Below the pieces are notes generated by a model, which saw only the letters and a list, made by a program, of their open reading frames with translations, ran no database searches and was not told where the DNA came from. The position numbers and the translations under genes are program-made. Positions 28,735 through 32,000 of a stretch of DNA of 32,000 bases are shown piece after piece (the first letter of the stretch is position 1; each line of letters begins with the position of its first letter). Location: assembly GCF_003367075.2 (NCBI RefSeq), contig NZ_CP065936.1:1-32000 (forward strand). Reading direction: 5' to 3'. Source of the DNA: Cylindrospermopsis raciborskii Cr2010. Lineage in GTDB: Bacteria; Cyanobacteriota; Cyanobacteriia; Cyanobacteriales; Nostocaceae.

Positions 28735-29595
28735 TTAACCCATATTCATTGCCAATAGGCAAGCTTTTTGACTAACATCTCGGTAAATATTTTGTAAGTG
28801 TTTCATGGTTGAGTCGCTACTAGAACCCAAGACGTGGACTGTATTCTCTTCATCTTTGGGTAGGGGAATATTTCCTAAAATATCCAATACCGTTTCTCCC
28901 ATGTTGGGAGAAATTACCACCAGGGATGAGTCTAGTGGGTCATTATATTGCCAAAAATAATTTATTTGATTATCACTTATTTGATTAGGGGTTGGGTTTA
29001 GTTGGGGGGAATTTTCTCCTTGGTTATTTTTTCTATGGATAGGTAGGTTAACTAATTTTTTCTGACCCCTTAATTTTCTTAAATCTTGAATTATTCTTTC
29101 TCTACTTCTACCCCGTAATTCAAATAGTACAAAAGGATCTTCACTCAGGCGATCGCTCAATTGATAATAAACAGCTCCGATGTGTTTGCAAGGTACTGCT
29201 GGATCTGGACAGGAACATTGACTATGGACATCATTCAAGGTAAAGGGAAATAATGAAAGTCCATTACTGGTGAATACATCTTCAATATTTTGAGGCATTT
29301 CTCCTGCTAGTAACTTAGCTGCAAACAGGGATTTATGCGACATATTTTCAATCACATAGCTCCATTCCTCATCACTAAATATATCAAGGGACAAGGAAAC
29401 TTGGTAGGGTTCAACTTCACTACCTTTCACCCGCGCTAGAACCTTGGATTTTTGAAATTCAATACTCAAAACGTTCCCTTGTCGAGAATAGTTTCTAGCT
29501 CTTTCTAACCGTTTTTTAAAACGATAGGAGTCCAATAGGTCTAACCATCTTTGGGACCACCATTCTCTGCTGATTTCTAAAGTTCTCTCTATCAT
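28735..29595 (-). CDS. SWIM zinc-finger protein (start re-assigned to MIERTLEIS at 29595; the track start at 29670 overlaps the helicase)
   Basis: SQCSCPDPAVPCKHIGAVYYQL (CxCx(n)CxH SWIM motif); GAGG-like RBS directly upstream of ATG at 29595. Confidence 0.85.
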   Translation of the reverse strand: MIERTLEISREWWSQRWLDLLDSYRFKKRLERARNYSRQGNVLSIEFQKSKVLARVKGSEVEPYQVSLSLDIFSDEEWSYVIENMSHKSLFAAKLLAGEMPQNIEDVFTSNGLSLFPFTLNDVHSQCSCPDPAVPCKHIGAVYYQLSDRLSEDPFVLFELRGRSRERIIQDLRKLRGQKKLVNLPIHRKNNQGENSPQLNPTPNQISDNQINYFWQYNDPLDSSLVVISPNMGETVLDILGNIPLPKDEENTVHVLGSSSDSTMKHLQNIYRDVSQKACLLAMNMG

Positions 29596-29617
29596 ACTTC
29601 CCTCTTTAAAACCTAAA

Positions 29618-32000
29618 TTAATCTTCTTCGTCATCAACAATAGCGTTTCTATCCAGAAACAACAAATCACGTAATTGATCTGTATCCAGCTGGGTTAACC
29701 ATTCTTCACCGGAACTAATTACTTGCTGTGCCAATTGTTTTTTGCTTTCAATCATGTCATGGATCTTTTCTTCTAGAGTTCCCCTACAGACAAACTTGTG
29801 GACTTGGACATTCTGAGTTTGTCCAATTCTAAAAGCTCGGTCAGTTGCTTGGTTTTCCACTGCAGGATTCCACCATCTATCGAAATGAAAAACATAGTTT
29901 GCCCTAGTTAGGTTTAAACCCACACCCCCAGCTTTTAAAGACAAAATCATAATTGGTGGACCTTGTGGATCCTGTTGAAATCTATCTACCATTTCTTCTC
30001 TCTGCTTTTTGCCAGTAGTTCCATATAAAAAGAAAATCTCCCTGTCTAGATGCTTTGCTAAATAGGGCTGCAATAATTTTCCCAACTCTGCAAATTGGGT
30101 AAATATCAAAGCCCTACTCTTTTCTGCTATGACTTCTTCTAGCATTTCTTGTAAACGCTGCAACTTAGCGGAACTATACTTTTCCAGGCTAGACTCATGG
30201 AGGTATTGGGCGGGGTGATTACAAATTTGTTTTAGTTTTACTAACAAAGATAAAATCATGCCGCGACGTTGTAAACCACTAGCTGACTGAATTTCGCTCA
30301 AAGATTTATCAACGGCATTCTGATACAATTCTGCTTGCTCCTTAGTTAAACCACAAAATACAGTCATTTCTTGCTTTTGTGGTAAATCTTGAATAATGGA
30401 TTTATCCGATTTCAATCGTCGCAAAATAAAGGGTTGTACTAAGGAACGCAATTGATTTAAGGATGATACGTCACCATATTTTTCAATGGGTATAGCAAAT
30501 CGTCTTTGAAAAAATTGTTTATTACCCAAATAACCAGGATTCAGAAAATCCAGAATAGACCATAATTCCTGTAATCGGTTTTCCACGGGTGTTCCAGTTA
30601 AAGCAATACGAAATTTGGCTTCTAATTTGCGCACCGACTGAGATTGTTTAGAATCATAATTTTTGATGTTTTGAGCTTCATCTAAAACAATAACTTGCCA
30701 ATTAACAGTTTGCAATAACTTAAGATCCCGTTGCACCAAAGAATAACTAGTAATTACTAAATCCTGCTCCTTAGCACTCTCAGCAAACTTCTTACCTTTG
30801 GGACGTTTTTCACCATGAAATTCCAAAACCTTGAGTTGAGGGGCAAATTTTTTTATTTCCCTAGACCAGTTGCCCAAAACAGAAGTAGGACATAGGAGAA
30901 GACCGGGATTTTGTAAGGCATTTTTTTCTTGCAGATGTAGAAAAAAAACCAGAAACTGTACAGATTTTCCCAGTCCCATATCATCAGCTAAACAAGCACC
31001 CAAACCCCATCTTTCTAAAAAGGCTAACCAAGCAGCTCCTCTTTGTTGATAAGGTCGAAGCTGACCTTGAAAATTTTTGGGTAGGGGTAAAGGTTGAATA
31101 TCTTGGTTATCATTTAAGGTGGTAACTAAATCTTGTAATGCACCAGAAGCATCAAAACTAACAACTGGTAATTTTTCAATTACCTGGGTGTCACCTCTAC
31201 TAATTCTTATGGCTTCTTCTAAGGACAAAGATAAATCCTGTTTACGAGCAGCAAAAAAGTTTTGGGCAGTTTTAATGTCCTGTTCTCGCAGTTCTACCCA
31301 TTCACCGTTAATTTCTACCAAGGGACTATTTAAAGCCACTAATCGGTCAAATTCATCTGGAGAAATGGTCTGACCACCAATTGCCAATTGCCATTGGAAT
31401 TTTAATAAACTTTTTAAACCTAAATTCTGTTGTTTATTGTGTGGTGTTTCGGCGATAATTTGCAAACCTAAACGATTTGCCCAACCTTCACGATTAGCTA
31501 AGCTGGGAGGCAAAATTACCCCTAACCCATTATCCTCTAATCTCCCACTGACAGATTTAATAAACTGATATGCTTCCATAGGTTGAAGATAACAGCATTC
31601 CGGGAATTCTGTCTCTAAACTACTGGTAATCCCAGGATATAATCGGGAGGCTAAACCCAAACCCCGCAATAAAGTCTCTTGGGGTTTACTGACCTGGCGA
31701 TTTTCATACACCAATGTTTCCACTGGATTCTCCCATATGGTTTTGGCATCAATGAGAAATTGGTCATCATCAGTAGCTTGCAAAAAATAACCTAAACGCC
31801 AATCTGTTGTCCCTGTGGGTGGATGCAGTTGTAAACAAGTTCTAAAAGCTACTTTTTCTGTTAATTGGTGTTGTAAGGGCAATTGCCAAGATTTTAGGGT
31901 CTCTTTTAATCTCTCTAGGTCTATGGCATCCCCACACATTGGAGATGATCTATTCTTCAAACTGATCAAAGACTGGAACCATGGTTGCACTAATGATGGC
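29618..32000 (-). CDS. SNF2-family DEAD/DEAH helicase, N-terminus cut off by the window edge
   Basis: RPYQQRGAAWLAFLERWGLGACLADDMGLGKS, VLDEAQNIKN, LTGTPVENRLQELWSILDF, LSLKAGGVGLNLTRANYVFHFDRWWNPAVENQATDRAFRIGQ. Frame is open to base 32000; the M at 31990 is a GTG codon and probably internal. Confidence 0.95.
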   Translation of the reverse strand, partial: PSLVQPWFQSLISLKNRSSPMCGDAIDLERLKETLKSWQLPLQHQLTEKVAFRTCLQLHPPTGTTDWRLGYFLQATDDDQFLIDAKTIWENPVETLVYENRQVSKPQETLLRGLGLASRLYPGITSSLETEFPECCYLQPMEAYQFIKSVSGRLEDNGLGVILPPSLANREGWANRLGLQIIAETPHNKQQNLGLKSLLKFQWQLAIGGQTISPDEFDRLVALNSPLVEINGEWVELREQDIKTAQNFFAARKQDLSLSLEEAIRISRGDTQVIEKLPVVSFDASGALQDLVTTLNDNQDIQPLPLPKNFQGQLRPYQQRGAAWLAFLERWGLGACLADDMGLGKSVQFLVFFLHLQEKNALQNPGLLLCPTSVLGNWSREIKKFAPQLKVLEFHGEKRPKGKKFAESAKEQDLVITSYSLVQRDLKLLQTVNWQVIVLDEAQNIKNYDSKQSQSVRKLEAKFRIALTGTPVENRLQELWSILDFLNPGYLGNKQFFQRRFAIPIEKYGDVSSLNQLRSLVQPFILRRLKSDKSIIQDLPQKQEMTVFCGLTKEQAELYQNAVDKSLSEIQSASGLQRRGMILSLLVKLKQICNHPAQYLHESSLEKYSSAKLQRLQEMLEEVIAEKSRALIFTQFAELGKLLQPYLAKHLDREIFFLYGTTGKKQREEMVDRFQQDPQGPPIMILSLKAGGVGLNLTRANYVFHFDRWWNPAVENQATDRAFRIGQTQNVQVHKFVCRGTLEEKIHDMIESKKQLAQQVISSGEEWLTQLDTDQLRDLLFLDRNAIVDDEED

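Noticed and set aside
1-32000. Search for CRISPR arrays, rRNA, tRNA, toxin-antitoxin or retron/defence modules
   Set aside because: No regularly spaced direct repeats, no tRNA-like T-arm/anticodon combinations and no rRNA segments were seen by eye; a tRNAscan-SE and Infernal run would be needed to exclude small RNAs formally.

Overview
This is a cyanobacterial chromosomal segment. It carries HIP1 GCGATCGC octamers and the photosystem II gene psbI, and gene content suggests a Nostocales genome. Most of it is housekeeping: SMC N-terminus, a baeRF-like protein, a KdpD-like short protein, a NOL1/NOP2/Sun (RsmB/F-like) methyltransferase, FtsH, a NAD block (nadD, NrtR-like Nudix-WH, nadE), a DUF2157/GDYXXLXY-like pair, SppA, type 2 IPP isomerase, two Era-like GTPases, a DUF3769-like outer-membrane protein, PsbI, a hexapeptide acyltransferase, alpha-glucan phosphorylase, TpiA, FolP, a SPFH/band-7 protein, and a SWIM-zinc-finger plus SNF2 helicase pair. 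I did not find a convincing new defence or other novel multi-gene system. The most notable signals are hidden layers that the ORF track does not name. (1) At 16388-17812 an Eco29kI-like GIY-YIG restriction endonuclease N-terminus is fused in frame to the last part of a C5-cytosine methyltransferase, and the fusion is split by a 1048-bp IS630-family element with a TA duplication. Removing the IS restores one 124-codon frame. (2) The IS630 transposase appears to be expressed by a -1 frameshift on a run of nine A. (3) A strongly eroded nicotinate phosphoribosyltransferase (pncB-like) relic at 6064-6276 lies directly upstream of nadD. (4) The Nudix box of the NrtR-like protein is degenerate, suggesting a regulator rather than a hydrolase. 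(5) The short KdpD lacks the histidine kinase and has no kdpABC neighbours. (6) There is a 1-kb unexplained spacer upstream of glgP.
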